Positions 29,772 to 41,005 of a stretch of 64,000 nucleotides of DNA are shown piece after piece. The stretch comes from an uncultured cyanobacterium (GTDB taxonomy: Bacteria > Cyanobacteriota > Cyanobacteriia > Cyanobacteriales > Cyanobacteriaceae): assembly GCA_963749915.1 (NCBI GenBank), contig CAVVOP010000020.1, forward strand, positions 32,001 through 96,000. The letters run 5' to 3'. Within the stretch, counting starts at the first letter, position 1; the number at the start of each line of letters is the position of its first letter. The notes under the pieces are model-generated. The model had not been told where the DNA came from and did no database searches. It worked only from the letters and a program-made list of their open reading frames with translations. The position numbers were made by a program, and so were the translations under genes.

Positions 29772-30842
29772 ATGACTACCACTTTACAGCAACAACAGCA
29801 GTCTTCTGCATGGGAACAGTTCTGTCAGTGGATCACTTCTACCAACAACCGCTTATACGTAGGCTGGTTCGGTACTTTGATGATCCCTACTCTGTTAACT
29901 GCCACCACTTGTTTTATTATCGCCTTTATCGCAGCTCCTCCCGTTGACATTGACGGTATTCGTGAGCCTGTAGCCGGTTCCCTATTATACGGAAACAACA
30001 TCATCTCCGGTGCCGTTGTTCCTTCTTCTAACGCTATTGGTTTACACTTCTACCCCATTTGGGAAGCAGCTTCCTTAGATGAGTGGTTATATAACGGTGG
30101 TCCTTACCAATTAGTAGTATTCCATTTCTTAATTGGTATCTTCTGCTATATGGGTCGTCAGTGGGAATTATCTTTCCGCTTAGGAATGCGTCCTTGGATC
30201 TGTGTTGCCTATAGTGCACCTGTATCTGCCGCAACTGCTGTATTCTTAATCTACCCCATCGGTCAAGGTTCTTTCTCTGATGGTATGCCTTTAGGAATTA
30301 GCGGAACTTTCAACTTCATGTTTGTGTTCCAAGCAGAGCATAACATCTTGATGCACCCCTTCCATATGTTGGGTGTAGCCGGTGTGTTTGGTGGCTCGTT
30401 ATTCTCAGCAATGCACGGTTCTTTAGTAACCTCTTCTTTAGTGCGTGAAACCACGGAAACTGAATCTTTAAACTACGGTTATAAATTCGGTCAAGAAGAA
30501 GAAACCTACAACATCGTAGCAGCTCATGGATACTTTGGTCGTTTAATCTTCCAATATGCTTCCTTTAACAACAGCCGGGCGTTACACTTCTTCTTAGGTG
30601 CATGGCCTGTAATTGGTATTTGGTTCACCGCAATGGGTGTAAGTACCATGGCATTCAACTTAAATGGATTCAACTTCAACCAGTCTATCTTAGATAGTCA
30701 AGGTCATGTAATTGGAACTTGGGCAGACGTATTAAACCGTGCCAACATCGGTATCGAAGTCATGCACGAACGTAATGCTCACAACTTCCCCTTAGATTTA
30801 GCTAGTGCAGAACCTTTATCTGCTCCTGTAATCAACGGTTAA
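29772..30842 (+). CDS. psbA: Photosystem II D1 protein (Q130 form, 356 aa)
   Basis: MTTTLQ...[13 protein letters not shown]. The true start is ATG 29772, not the track's TTG at 29682. Confidence 0.98.
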   Translation: MTTTLQQQQQSSAWEQFCQWITSTNNRLYVGWFGTLMIPTLLTATTCFIIAFIAAPPVDIDGIREPVAGSLLYGNNIISGAVVPSSNAIGLHFYPIWEAASLDEWLYNGGPYQLVVFHFLIGIFCYMGRQWELSFRLGMRPWICVAYSAPVSAATAVFLIYPIGQGSFSDGMPLGISGTFNFMFVFQAEHNILMHPFHMLGVAGVFGGSLFSAMHGSLVTSSLVRETTETESLNYGYKFGQEEETYNIVAAHGYFGRLIFQYASFNNSRALHFFLGAWPVIGIWFTAMGVSTMAFNLNGFNFNQSILDSQGHVIGTWADVLNRANIGIEVMHERNAHNFPLDLASAEPLSAPVING

Positions 30843-30864
30843 GTTTAATAACAAAATAATAACT

Positions 30865-30899
30865 AAAAAGCACTCTCTATTAATTTAGGGGGTGTTTTT
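30865..30899 (+). terminator. Rho-independent terminator after psbA
   Basis: AAAAAGCACTCTCTA-TTAATT-TAGGGGGTGTTTTT hairpin. Confidence 0.7.
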
Positions 30900-30940
30900 C
30901 GGTGTTTTTGAGTTCTATCGCAAAATAAAGGACAGACGGA

Positions 30941-31203
30941 GAATTCAAAATTCAAAATTCAAAATTCAAAAAATCAGATTCTCTCCACAAATAAAAATCA
31001 GAAACTAATCATAATAAAGGTTTCAAGCTTAAATAATTGATCTAAGTTTCTTAAAAGCTACCCACGAAGGCGATTCCGCAAAAAAAGTAAATAAGCAAAG
31101 AAGAAATCCCGAAAAACTAGCCACTCTCAAAGATCCTAGAACCCACACTCCCCACACTTCTCATTTGATCAAGTTTTTCAGTCAGCTTAACCGAGTAGTA
31201 TGG
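30941..31203 (-). mobile_element. MITE-like remnant with AATTCAA heptamers and a CAATAC-type end
   Basis: (AATTCAA)x4 at about 30943-30970. CTTAACCGAGTAGTATTG end matches 16975-16993 in reverse orientation. Confidence 0.5.
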
Positions 31204-31204
31204 G

Positions 31205-31411
31205 GAGGGAATTAGGCGCTCAGGAGGCGGACGGAAATCAGCAATAGAGATGATAGAGAGCATTGACGCAGTCTTTTTGAGGGTTCTGAGGGAACAGACC
31301 GCAGACTCACCGATGGATCAGACAGTAAAGTGGACAAATTTAACACAAGAAGAAATAGCCGAAAAGCTAAGGCAAGAGGGAATTAAGGTGAGTGTCACGG
31401 TGGTGTTGTAG
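31205..31411 (+). mobile_element. ISAzo13-family transposase fragment
   Basis: GIRRSGGGRKSAIEMIESIDAVFLRVLREQTADSPMDQTVKWTNLTQEEIAEKLRQEGIKVSVTVV, with no start codon and an early stop. Confidence 0.75.
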
Positions 31412-31834
31412 TGTTTGACCATGATTGGCGCTGGTTTTAAAAGTAGTGAAACAGGTTATGATCCTAGTATCATATTTTTAACCCCAAAAGGATTGCATTT
31501 ATCTTTAATGGTGGGTAATTAGGGAAACATAAATAAAAGTATATATATCTGGTATATATGTAATGAGGATTGCTGTAGCGATAGTCTTATTTTTTATAAC
31601 TGTAGTTTATTTATATTGCCAACGATAAAAATTAACTACGCAAAGTCACGGCAAATTGTTTAGTTAAAGATTATCGAATTTTATTATGAATTAGGATCAA
31701 CATCGATATCTTTAAGAGTGCCATCAGGAGATCGATATACTATACTTTAGGCGGCTGAGATGTTGACTTTTTTGAAGGACTGAAAATATCTGCTCGAGCT
31801 CAATTCTTATTTACTTATTTATCAATTATTAACC

Positions 31835-32743
31835 ATGTTGAATATTAAAAATTTGACTAAACATTATGGCAAAAAAAAGGCTTTAAGCAACTTTAATTTA
31901 AATATTAATTCAGGAGAAATTTATGGTTTATTAGGGGCAAATGGTGCAGGAAAAACTACTACTATTAATCTTATTTGTGGTTTGTTAACTTGTGATTCAG
32001 GAGAGATACTTATTAATGGTGATAAATTAAGTCAAAAATCTAAGTATTTATTGGGAGTTGCACCGCAGGAAAATTTACTTTATAATCAGCTTATTTGTGC
32101 ACAAAATTTGGCTTTTTTTGGAAAAATTTATGGTTTAAAAGGCACGCAATTAAAAACTGCTATTTATGAAAATCTAAAGGCGGTTAATTTATTAGCAAAA
32201 AAAGATGATACGGTGGCAACTTTAAGCGGTGGAATGCAAAGAAGACTTAATATTGCTGTGGCTTTAGTGCACAATCCCCGATTACTGATTTTAGATGAGC
32301 CTACTACGGGTTTAGATATTGAATCTCGTTACGAAATTTGGCAGTTAATTCTAAGTTTAAAACAACAGGGTATCACCATTTTATTAACGACTCATTTACT
32401 TGATGAAGCAGAAAAATTATGTGATTGCATCGGCATTATAAAAGGGGGGAAAATTATAATTGAGGGCAGTTTAACACAATTAAGAAAGGTAATTCCTGCA
32501 AAAGAGCTTATTTTTATCCAGACGAAGGAAAAAGAAAAAGCAATTAAGCAAGGAGAGAAAGTAGGTTTTAGTCACCGTTATTATCAAGGAGAATTAGCTT
32601 TTTTAACCGATAAATCTTTAGAATTACCGGAAATTATTAAACTTTTTGAAGGAATAAATTTAAGTGCAATTACAAAAAAACCGATTAATTTGGAATACAT
32701 TTATTTAGAAGCAACAAATAAATTGATAACTGATAATTGTTAA
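31835..32743 (+). CDS. ABC-2 type transporter ATP-binding protein
   Basis: GANGAGKTT, LSGGMQRR and LDEPTTGLD motifs. Confidence 0.9.
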   Translation: MLNIKNLTKHYGKKKALSNFNLNINSGEIYGLLGANGAGKTTTINLICGLLTCDSGEILINGDKLSQKSKYLLGVAPQENLLYNQLICAQNLAFFGKIYGLKGTQLKTAIYENLKAVNLLAKKDDTVATLSGGMQRRLNIAVALVHNPRLLILDEPTTGLDIESRYEIWQLILSLKQQGITILLTTHLLDEAEKLCDCIGIIKGGKIIIEGSLTQLRKVIPAKELIFIQTKEKEKAIKQGEKVGFSHRYYQGELAFLTDKSLELPEIIKLFEGINLSAITKKPINLEYIYLEATNKLITDNC

Positions 32744-32764
32744 TTGTTAATTGTTAATTGTTAA
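32735..32764. repeat. Heptamer tandem repeat (TAATTGT)n, STRR-like
   Basis: TAATTGT x4. Related heptamers occur near 34950, 37010, 37080, 41660, 43530 and 55920. Confidence 0.8.
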
Positions 32765-32827
32765 GCCCATTCCCCATTGCCTCTTTTTTATTAATAATTT
32801 ATCAGACCCAAACTGGAAGAACCATTA

Positions 32828-34942
32828 TTAATTTCTATTCTGCCATGCTTTGACTAATTTTATCTCATCATAGCTATAGTTTTCCCCTAATTTATCTTTA
32901 ATTATTTTTAGGGGTTGATTGCCCAGTTTATTAAGAATATCTATGATAGTTTTTTGTTTATTTTGGTTAACAAATTTATCTAAATTTATTGGTTGATTGA
33001 GTTCAATTAATTCGGTAAAATGATTAATAATAGTACTAACAGTTAAACCTCTTTTTTGGGCAATTTCTGTTACCGTTAAATTTTGTTGATATAGCTGTAA
33101 AGTTTTCATTTGAGTATCACTAGGTAAAGCAATGGGTAAGATTTCTTGATGACAAAAAGCCAAAATTTCTCTCAGAAAATGATCGCCATATTTTTGTAGC
33201 TTATATTCTGTTACTCCTGATAATTTATCTAAAGTTTCTCTATTTTTCGGTTGCATTTGTGCCATGAGTTTTAGAGTTGAATCTCCAAAAATAACGTAAG
33301 GGGCAATATTTTCTTTATCGGCCAATGTTTTTCTTATTTTTTTCAATCTTTGGAGTAATAACTCAATTTCTAAGGCTTTAGGGTTATATACTGTTGATAG
33401 TTTATCAACAGTATTATTTTCAACAGCAATTTTTACTTGTTTTTTTTGTCTTAATATTTCCCAACTTTCTTTATTTAGTTTTAAAATTCTATAACTATCA
33501 TTGGTCTGGTTTAATAAACCTTGATAAATAAGAGATTTTCCTAAGTATTCCCATTGTTTAGAAGTTCTATCTTTACCGATACCATAAGTTGACAATAAAT
33601 GATGTCCATATTTATAAATTTTTTCACCTCTTGAACCCCTTAAAATATCTATAATATGTTTAATACCAAATTTTTCATCGGTACGAGCAATACAAGATAG
33701 AAACTTTTGAGCTTCAATTGTCCAATCTTCAATTTCTTTGGGATTTAAACAGTTATCACAACCATCACAATTACCCTTAAATTTTTCGCCAAAATAACCT
33801 AATTGTACAATACGGCGACAATAATTAGTTTCAGCATATTCTATGACTTTTGTTAACTGTTGATAGGCTATTTTTTGCTCTTGCAAATTACTTTTTTGTT
33901 TAATAAAATAATCAATTTTATATTTATCATTAGGATTATATAGTAAGATACATTTAGCTGGTTCATTATCTCTACCTGCCCTTCCTGACTCTTGATAGTA
34001 ACTCTCGACATTACGAGGTAAATCATGATGAATGACAAAACGCACATCTGGCTTATTAATCCCCATGCCAAAAGCGACAGTTGCCACCATGATTCTCACA
34101 TCATCTCGAATAAAACTATTTTGATATTGCGATCGCATTTCATCACTTAAACCACCATGATAAGGCAAAGCTGAAATACCATCTTGACGGAGACGGGAGG
34201 CTAAATCTTCAGTTGTTTTACGAGCAAAACAATAAATAATACCAGAGCCTTCTAAATGGCGAATTAGGTTAAAAACTTGTTGATAAGTGCGTTTTTGTCG
34301 TGGTTGCACCTCATAATAAAGATTACTACGATTAAAGCTAAAACGGTGAATTGCCGGATTTTTTAAGTTAAGCTGATGTATAATATCCTGTTGTACTCTG
34401 GTTGTTGCCGTTGCCGTTAAGGCCATAAGAGGAATGGAAGGGAAACGAAAACGTAACTGTCGCAATTGACGATATTCTTGGCGAAAATCATGCCCCCATT
34501 CTGAGATACAATGGGCTTCATCCATAGCAAAAAAGGAAATAGTTATAGTAGAGGCGATAGCGTATAAAAAATCTTGGAATCTTTCACTAACTAGCCTTTC
34601 TGGTGCAAGATAAAGTAACTTGATTTTTCCTGATAAAATTTCTTGCTCTCGGCGACGTACTTCTTTAAAATCGAGAGTACTATTAAGAAAAGTAGCACCA
34701 ATGCCATTATCCTGCAAGGCAGTAACTTGATCTTGCATTAAGGAGATGAGAGGGGAAACAACTATAGCGACACCTTTTTTCAGTAAAGCAGGAAGTTGAA
34801 AACAAAGGGATTTACCGCCGCCAGTGGGCATTATAATCAATAAATCTCGATTAAGAAGAGCTTGGTTTATAATTTCTTCTTGTCCATTACGAAAACTATC
34901 ATAACCAAAATACTGCTTTAAAGATTCTTGTAAGGATGTCAT
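32828..34942 (-). CDS. recQ: ATP-dependent DNA helicase RecQ
   Basis: PTGGGKS, DEAHCISEWGHDFR and QESGRAGRD motifs, Zn-binding region, RQC and HRDC domains. Confidence 0.96.
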   Translation of the reverse strand: MTSLQESLKQYFGYDSFRNGQEEIINQALLNRDLLIIMPTGGGKSLCFQLPALLKKGVAIVVSPLISLMQDQVTALQDNGIGATFLNSTLDFKEVRRREQEILSGKIKLLYLAPERLVSERFQDFLYAIASTITISFFAMDEAHCISEWGHDFRQEYRQLRQLRFRFPSIPLMALTATATTRVQQDIIHQLNLKNPAIHRFSFNRSNLYYEVQPRQKRTYQQVFNLIRHLEGSGIIYCFARKTTEDLASRLRQDGISALPYHGGLSDEMRSQYQNSFIRDDVRIMVATVAFGMGINKPDVRFVIHHDLPRNVESYYQESGRAGRDNEPAKCILLYNPNDKYKIDYFIKQKSNLQEQKIAYQQLTKVIEYAETNYCRRIVQLGYFGEKFKGNCDGCDNCLNPKEIEDWTIEAQKFLSCIARTDEKFGIKHIIDILRGSRGEKIYKYGHHLLSTYGIGKDRTSKQWEYLGKSLIYQGLLNQTNDSYRILKLNKESWEILRQKKQVKIAVENNTVDKLSTVYNPKALEIELLLQRLKKIRKTLADKENIAPYVIFGDSTLKLMAQMQPKNRETLDKLSGVTEYKLQKYGDHFLREILAFCHQEILPIALPSDTQMKTLQLYQQNLTVTEIAQKRGLTVSTIINHFTELIELNQPINLDKFVNQNKQKTIIDILNKLGNQPLKIIKDKLGENYSYDEIKLVKAWQNRN

Positions 34943-35047
34943 TAGCAATTAACAATGAACAATTAAAGAATACCGCGTACAGGATAGACAATCCCAAATT
35001 GTGATTTTTGACTTCTACTATCTTTATAGTTTACACCAAAAATTAAT

Positions 35048-36724
35048 ATGAACAAAAAACGGCAAAATACCGCAATCTACTATAAACCTGATGGTTACGA
35101 CACCAAAGGACAAAGACTATTAGGCCGACAATCTGCTGGAGAAGGTTTTTTGAAAGCCTATATTCAATCCTATGAAGGAGACACTATTTGTTGTCATAGT
35201 GATAATGATGAAGAATTTCGCCATTTTCAACAGACTGTATCCCCCTGGTTAAACAAACCGGTTAAGACTAAGTTCATTAACAGAACACAACCTCATCAAT
35301 TAGCAGAAATCGGTAATCTTTATATTCCTGGCCCCAGTTTAGCCGATTTTGCATGGCAAAGAAGATTTTATGATCAAAGGGGTTATAGTATTTGTGGGAT
35401 TACTCACACTATCTCTAGTAAAGAAGCCTTTAGCAATATTGGTAATTTATTAACGGCACCAATTCAATCTTGGGATGCTTTAATTTGTACATCGAAAGCG
35501 GTGAAAGTAGGGGTGGAAAAAATCCTTTACGATTGGGGAGAATATCTAGGGCAAAGATTTAACTGTAATATTAATTTAGATTTGAAATTACCGATTATCC
35601 CTTTAGGAGTTGAGGTAGACAAATTTCAATATAATCCTGAGTTTGGAAATACTATTAGACAAAGATTAAATATAACAGAGGATGATATAGTTATTTTATT
35701 TCTTGGTCGTTTAATATTTTATGCCAAAGCTCATCCAGTGCCAATGTATTTAGCCTTAGAAAAAGCAGTTAAACAAATCAATCATCAAGGTAAAATTTAC
35801 CTACTCCAATGTGGTTGGTTTGAAGATGAAAGAGAGAGAACTTCTTTTCAACAAAGTGCGGCGGAATTTTCCCCTTCTATTAATCATGTATTTTTGGATG
35901 GAAGAAATCAGGAAATTCGTCAAAAAGTTTGGTCTTCCGCAGATATATTTATTTCCCTAGCGGATAATATTCAAGAAACTTTTGGATTAACTCCCATTGA
36001 AGCCATGGCCGCTGGTTTACCCGTTATTGTCTCAGATTGGAATGGTTATCAAGAGTCTATTCGTCATGACATAGATGGTTTTCGGATTTCTACAGTTATT
36101 CCCCTTAAAAATAATGCCCTAGATTTAGCTCATTATTATCATATTGACCACATGAATTATAGCACTCAGATGGCTTATGCTTGTTTTGCCACTATGGTTG
36201 ATATTGATGAATGTGCCACTGCTTTAGTTAAATTAATAGATAATCCTGATTTGAGAAAAAAAATGGGTGAAAATGGAAGGCAAAGAGTTAAAGATATTTA
36301 TGACTGGCAAAATGTACTTAAGTCTTATTATCAATTATGGGAAGAATTAGCGGAGATCAGAAATGTAAAAGAAATGTCTGTACCTGTGCAAAAAGAAACT
36401 CCTTTTCATCCTTTATGTGATGATCCTTTTAATCTATTTAGTCATTATAGTACGGACCATCTTTATCCAGAAACTAAGTTAAAAATAGGCTTGATGGCCG
36501 AAGAAAACTCCCTACAAAAAATTCGGACTATTTGGGCAACAAATTTTGGTGGTAATTATCGTTTATCTAATAAAATTATTGATCAAATAATCGGGGATTT
36601 GCAAACTCATGAAAGTTTGAATGTTGCTTATTTTATGGCGATTTATGGCAAAGAAAATCCCCACATATTAATTAGAACTTTAATGTATTTACTCAAGTTT
36701 GATATTTTAATAATTAACCATTAA
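35048..36724 (+). CDS. Glycosyltransferase family 4
   Basis: DNIQETFGLTPIEAMAAGLPVIVSDWNG GT4 motif. Confidence 0.88.
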   Translation: MNKKRQNTAIYYKPDGYDTKGQRLLGRQSAGEGFLKAYIQSYEGDTICCHSDNDEEFRHFQQTVSPWLNKPVKTKFINRTQPHQLAEIGNLYIPGPSLADFAWQRRFYDQRGYSICGITHTISSKEAFSNIGNLLTAPIQSWDALICTSKAVKVGVEKILYDWGEYLGQRFNCNINLDLKLPIIPLGVEVDKFQYNPEFGNTIRQRLNITEDDIVILFLGRLIFYAKAHPVPMYLALEKAVKQINHQGKIYLLQCGWFEDERERTSFQQSAAEFSPSINHVFLDGRNQEIRQKVWSSADIFISLADNIQETFGLTPIEAMAAGLPVIVSDWNGYQESIRHDIDGFRISTVIPLKNNALDLAHYYHIDHMNYSTQMAYACFATMVDIDECATALVKLIDNPDLRKKMGENGRQRVKDIYDWQNVLKSYYQLWEELAEIRNVKEMSVPVQKETPFHPLCDDPFNLFSHYSTDHLYPETKLKIGLMAEENSLQKIRTIWATNFGGNYRLSNKIIDQIIGDLQTHESLNVAYFMAIYGKENPHILIRTLMYLLKFDILIINH

Positions 36725-36752
36725 TAATTGACAATTTAAAAGCCTTAAAAAA

Positions 36753-37007
36753 CTATATTATCTCATTGTCACTCTCTGCCGGTAGTGGTGTTCGATCACA
36801 ACTCCAAGCCCACCATACTTGGTTACACTCACACAAATAAAATTCTTGCCATTTGCGAGTATAATCATCCATTATTACAGGAGCGTTACGGTTGAGCCAG
36901 ACTCTTTTTGCTTGACGAGAATCAGCATGACAACAAGGACAATTAAATGATAGGACATGAGTAGCGGTTTTTGTCCATTCAGGTGCAAGACGAGAAAAGG
37001 CTTCCAT
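36753..37007 (-). CDS. Small Cys/Trp-rich hypothetical protein
   Basis: 84 aa with CPCC and WQEFYLCECNQVWWAWS. Confidence 0.7.
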   Translation of the reverse strand: MEAFSRLAPEWTKTATHVLSFNCPCCHADSRQAKRVWLNRNAPVIMDDYTRKWQEFYLCECNQVWWAWSCDRTPLPAESDNEII

Positions 37008-37120
37008 AAATAGTTAATAGTTAATAGTTAATAAGCAATATACAATAGTGGATATTGAACAACAGATACTGAATAATTAATTGTTCATTGTTTATTGTTC
37101 ACTGTTCATTTCTAATTATT

Positions 37121-38743
37121 ATGACATCAAATCAACCATCAGAAAAACTAAATTTAACCACTAAATTAGCCTTTGGTGCCGGAGATATCGGGCCGGCTTT
37201 AACTGCCAATATTTTAGTCTTCTTCCTCATGCCTTTTTTTACCAATGTGGCAGGTTTAAGTCCAGGTATTGCTGGATCTATTTTATTTGTAGGTAAAATT
37301 ACTGATGCTATCAATGATCCGATTATAGGGGTTTTTAGCGATCGAACTCAAACAAAATGGGGTAGGCGTATTCCTTGGATGGTAATTGCGGCGGTACCCT
37401 TTGGGATGACTTTCTTTTTACAGTGGATAGTGCCTAAATTTAGCGACAATCTTTCTCTTAATAATACCCTTTTATTTATTTACTATATGATGATAGGGAT
37501 TGTTTTTAATATTTTTTATACGGCGGTAAATTTACCTTACCAAGCCTTAACACCAGAGTTAACTCAAGATTACAATGAGCGTACTAGCTTGAATAGTTTT
37601 CGGTTTAGTTTTTCCATTGGTGCGAGTATTATCTCCTTAATTTTGGCAGGGGCAGTTTTTCAGGTTTATCAAGGCAATAATCAAGAAAAATATCTCATTT
37701 TAGGACTAATTTCTACTATTTTTTCTACCTTACCACTATTTTGGTGTCCTCTTATTATTAGAGAAAGAGGTTATCAACCTTTATTGAATATTAAACAAAG
37801 AAAAATCACTAGTTTTATTTTTATAAGTATCGCCACAATATTTATTATTTATAGTTTATTTACTTTTATTCATTCTATGTCGGGGGAAGATACTTTTACC
37901 GCCTTGATTTATTTGTTAATTGGTGGTTTTATTAGTATCATGGCATGGAGTTTAATAATTGCTAAAACTGAGAATCATTTATTACAACAACCCTTCGTCA
38001 ATGCTGATGAAAATAAACATAATAATTTAACCTATATTCAACAGTTAAAAATAGTTTTTGAAAATCGTCCTTTTCTCTATGTAGTTGGCATTTATTTATG
38101 TTCATGGTTAGCGGTGCAATTAACGGCTTCTATCCTACTTTATTTTGTGGTTAATTGGATGGGATTATCTGAAGTTGAGTTTCCTAGAGTTGCGATCGCA
38201 GTGCAAGGAACAGCATTAGTCATGTTATTTGTGTGGCAAAAAATTAGTAATAAGCTAGATAAAAAAATAGTATATTTTCTCGGTTCAACTATTTGGATTA
38301 TTGCTCAAATTGGCCTATTTTTGGTACAACCTGGGCAAACATTTTTATTATATGCTTTAGCAATGTTGGCAGGATGTGGAGTCTCTGTAGCTTATCTAAT
38401 TCCTTGGTCAATGATACCCGATGTAATTGATTTAGATGAGTTAAATACAGGGGAAAGACGAGAAGGAATTTTTTATGGATTTATGGTCTTGTTACAAAAA
38501 TTTGGGTTAGCATTTGGACTGTTTTTAGTCGGTATTGCTTTAGAGGCTTCGGGATTTATCAAACCCATTGAAGGAGAAGTAATTCCTGTTCAGCCAGAAA
38601 GTGCATTATGGGCAATTCGTTTGGTAGTTGCACCTTTACCTGCGGTGGTTTTATTCGCAGGGATAATACTAGCTTATCTTTATCCTATTACTAGAGAATG
38701 TCACAGTAAAATTCGCTTACAGTTGCAAGAAAGAAAAAAATAA
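37121..38743 (+). CDS. MFS transporter, GPH/MelB family
   Basis: DAINDPIIG..SDRT.TKWGRR, PELTQDYNERT and TGERREGIFYG motifs. Confidence 0.92.
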   Translation: MTSNQPSEKLNLTTKLAFGAGDIGPALTANILVFFLMPFFTNVAGLSPGIAGSILFVGKITDAINDPIIGVFSDRTQTKWGRRIPWMVIAAVPFGMTFFLQWIVPKFSDNLSLNNTLLFIYYMMIGIVFNIFYTAVNLPYQALTPELTQDYNERTSLNSFRFSFSIGASIISLILAGAVFQVYQGNNQEKYLILGLISTIFSTLPLFWCPLIIRERGYQPLLNIKQRKITSFIFISIATIFIIYSLFTFIHSMSGEDTFTALIYLLIGGFISIMAWSLIIAKTENHLLQQPFVNADENKHNNLTYIQQLKIVFENRPFLYVVGIYLCSWLAVQLTASILLYFVVNWMGLSEVEFPRVAIAVQGTALVMLFVWQKISNKLDKKIVYFLGSTIWIIAQIGLFLVQPGQTFLLYALAMLAGCGVSVAYLIPWSMIPDVIDLDELNTGERREGIFYGFMVLLQKFGLAFGLFLVGIALEASGFIKPIEGEVIPVQPESALWAIRLVVAPLPAVVLFAGIILAYLYPITRECHSKIRLQLQERKK

Positions 38744-38759
38744 ATAATTCGACCTAATG

Positions 38760-39374
38760 TCAATTGTTGATTGTTTTAGGGCATCCTAAACTATCTCTAG
38801 TGGCCACCCCAGTAATAGGATTTACTCCTGTCGCCCTTTCACACATCAAGTTGACTTGATAACGATCAATCACAGCACCAGAAAAATCTGCACCTTCTAT
38901 GTTGGTGTCATAGAAGCGGGTACGGGTAGCTATGGCATCCACAAAAATGGCATCTCGTAAGTCAGATAAGTCAAAAGTAACACGATCGATTAAAGCACCG
39001 GTAAAATTAACGCCCCGTAAATCCGCATTTAGTAAAACTCCTTCCGTCATGATACTATTACTCAAATTAGAACCATGAAAAGAAACATTGCGCATATTAG
39101 AGGCCGCAAACACTGAACCTGTCAAGTCTTGATGAGAAAAATCTTTCCCCTCCAATTCACCATGGGTAAAATTAAGGATTTCTGCGTTAACAGGTTGAGG
39201 CGTTAATAAAATTAGGGCAATGCTTAAAAGTAATATCAAAAAGACGTAAAAGATACGCCAAAGCAAAGTTAAAAATCTGGTGGAAATCATAATTTTTTCT
39301 TGAGAAAGAGGATTCATTAATAGAACAAGACAATTAACACTGAAACGGTAAAATATTGAATTAGTCATGGTCAA
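38760..39374 (-). CDS. Pentapeptide repeat protein (probably exported; true start may be 39317 or 39290)
   Basis: ADLRG/ADFSG pentapeptides and C-terminal GVNPITGVATRDSLGC. Confidence 0.88.
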   Translation of the reverse strand: MTMTNSIFYRFSVNCLVLLMNPLSQEKIMISTRFLTLLWRIFYVFLILLLSIALILLTPQPVNAEILNFTHGELEGKDFSHQDLTGSVFAASNMRNVSFHGSNLSNSIMTEGVLLNADLRGVNFTGALIDRVTFDLSDLRDAIFVDAIATRTRFYDTNIEGADFSGAVIDRYQVNLMCERATGVNPITGVATRDSLGCPKTINN

Positions 39375-39398
39375 TTATTTAATTCAGAGTCCCTTATA

Positions 39399-40931
39399 TT
39401 GATGTTAATTGTAGCGAAGATCACTAATTTACAGACAGAAAGATCGAAAATTTTATCTAATGTTAACGTTGGCTTTGTTCCGACTATGGGAGCGTTACAT
39501 TTAGGCCATGAAAGTTTAATTAAACAAGCCGTAGCAGAAAATGATTATGTAATAGTTAGTATTTTTGTTAATCCTTTACAATTTAGCATTAATGAAGATT
39601 TCGATAAATACCCGAGACAATTAGAGCAAGATAGAGTAAAGTGTGAAAAATTCGGGGTTAATCTCTTATTTACGCCTTCTCAGCTAGAAATGAATACCTT
39701 TAGCCGAGAAACTACTTTAGTTGTGCCTCCTGTCTCAATGATGTCGGTTTTATGTGGTAAATATCGACAAGGGCATTTTCAGGGAGTGGCTACCATTGTG
39801 ACGAAATTATTTAACTTGGTTAGGCCAAATATCGCTTATTTTGGTCAAAAAGATGCACAACAGGTAGTAATTATCGAAAAAATAGTCAATGATCTTAATA
39901 TTCCTGTGAAAATCAAATCATGTCCTATTATTCGAGAAGAATCGGGGTTAGCTTTAAGCTCAAGGAATCAATATTTAACCTCAGAAGAAAAACAAGAAGC
40001 AACTTTATTATTTAATAGTTTAAGTTTGGCTAAAGACAGTTTTTTAAAGGGAGAAACAAACACTAAAAATTTAATTTACATCATCGAAAAAGAGTTTAAT
40101 AATCATCCTCTTTTGAGATTACAATATGCAGAAATAGTTGATCCTAAAACTTTACAACCCTTGACGATTATTGCTGATTCTGCTTTAATGGCGATCGCTG
40201 CTTATTGTGGTGATGTTCGTTTAATAGATAATCTAATTCTAACCGTGAAAAAACCAATTATAGCCATAGATGGACCCGCAGGAGCGGGAAAATCCACCGT
40301 TAGTCGTCGTTTAGCCCATGAATTAGGGTTTATATACCTTGATACGGGGGCTATGTATCGAGGTATTACCTGGTTAGTCATAGAAAATAACATTAATGTT
40401 ACTGATGAAGATGCGATCGCTAAATTAGTGGATACAGCAGAAATTAAATTATTACCGAGTGCAGATCTAAAAATTCCCGTCACCGTTAAAGTAAATCAAC
40501 AAGAAGTGACCCAAGCAATTCGCACTCCGGCTATCACCGCCCAAGTATCAAAAATAGCCGCTCAAAAAGCCGTTAGAGAAAAAATGGTAAAACTACAACA
40601 AGAATATGGCAAACAAGGGAAAATTGTCGCCGAAGGCCGAGATATTGGTACAAATGTTTTTCCAGAGGCAAAATTGAAGATTTTTTTAACGGCATCACCC
40701 CAAGCAAGGGCAAAAAGAAGGTTAATTGACTTAGAAAATCAGGGAGAAAAAAACATTAAATTAGAGGAGTTAATTAGCGAAATTCAAGAAAGAGACTACG
40801 TTGACAGTACAAGAGAAATTGCTCCTCTAAAAAAAGCAGAAAATGCCATAGAAATTGTTACTGATGATTTAACCATTGAGGAAGTAATTAACAAAATTAA
40901 AAGTTATTTAACCAACAATTCTTCTCCTTAG
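39399..40931 (+). CDS. panC/cmk: Bifunctional pantoate-beta-alanine ligase / cytidylate kinase
   Basis: PTMGALHLGH, FGQKDAQQ and LSSRN motifs followed by AIDGPAGAGKST and EGRDIGT. Confidence 0.95.
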   Translation: MMLIVAKITNLQTERSKILSNVNVGFVPTMGALHLGHESLIKQAVAENDYVIVSIFVNPLQFSINEDFDKYPRQLEQDRVKCEKFGVNLLFTPSQLEMNTFSRETTLVVPPVSMMSVLCGKYRQGHFQGVATIVTKLFNLVRPNIAYFGQKDAQQVVIIEKIVNDLNIPVKIKSCPIIREESGLALSSRNQYLTSEEKQEATLLFNSLSLAKDSFLKGETNTKNLIYIIEKEFNNHPLLRLQYAEIVDPKTLQPLTIIADSALMAIAAYCGDVRLIDNLILTVKKPIIAIDGPAGAGKSTVSRRLAHELGFIYLDTGAMYRGITWLVIENNINVTDEDAIAKLVDTAEIKLLPSADLKIPVTVKVNQQEVTQAIRTPAITAQVSKIAAQKAVREKMVKLQQEYGKQGKIVAEGRDIGTNVFPEAKLKIFLTASPQARAKRRLIDLENQGEKNIKLEELISEIQERDYVDSTREIAPLKKAENAIEIVTDDLTIEEVINKIKSYLTNNSSP

Positions 40932-41005
40932 GCAATGATTTATGTCACCTCAGATGATAATAATAAGATAGTCTATAATTTTAAACATTTATATTCGGAG
41001 ATAAT

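Noticed and set aside
40932..41005. B12 riboswitch or Zur box upstream of hupE
   Set aside because: The intergenic region is too short for a riboswitch, and TGATAATAATAAG is only a half-site.
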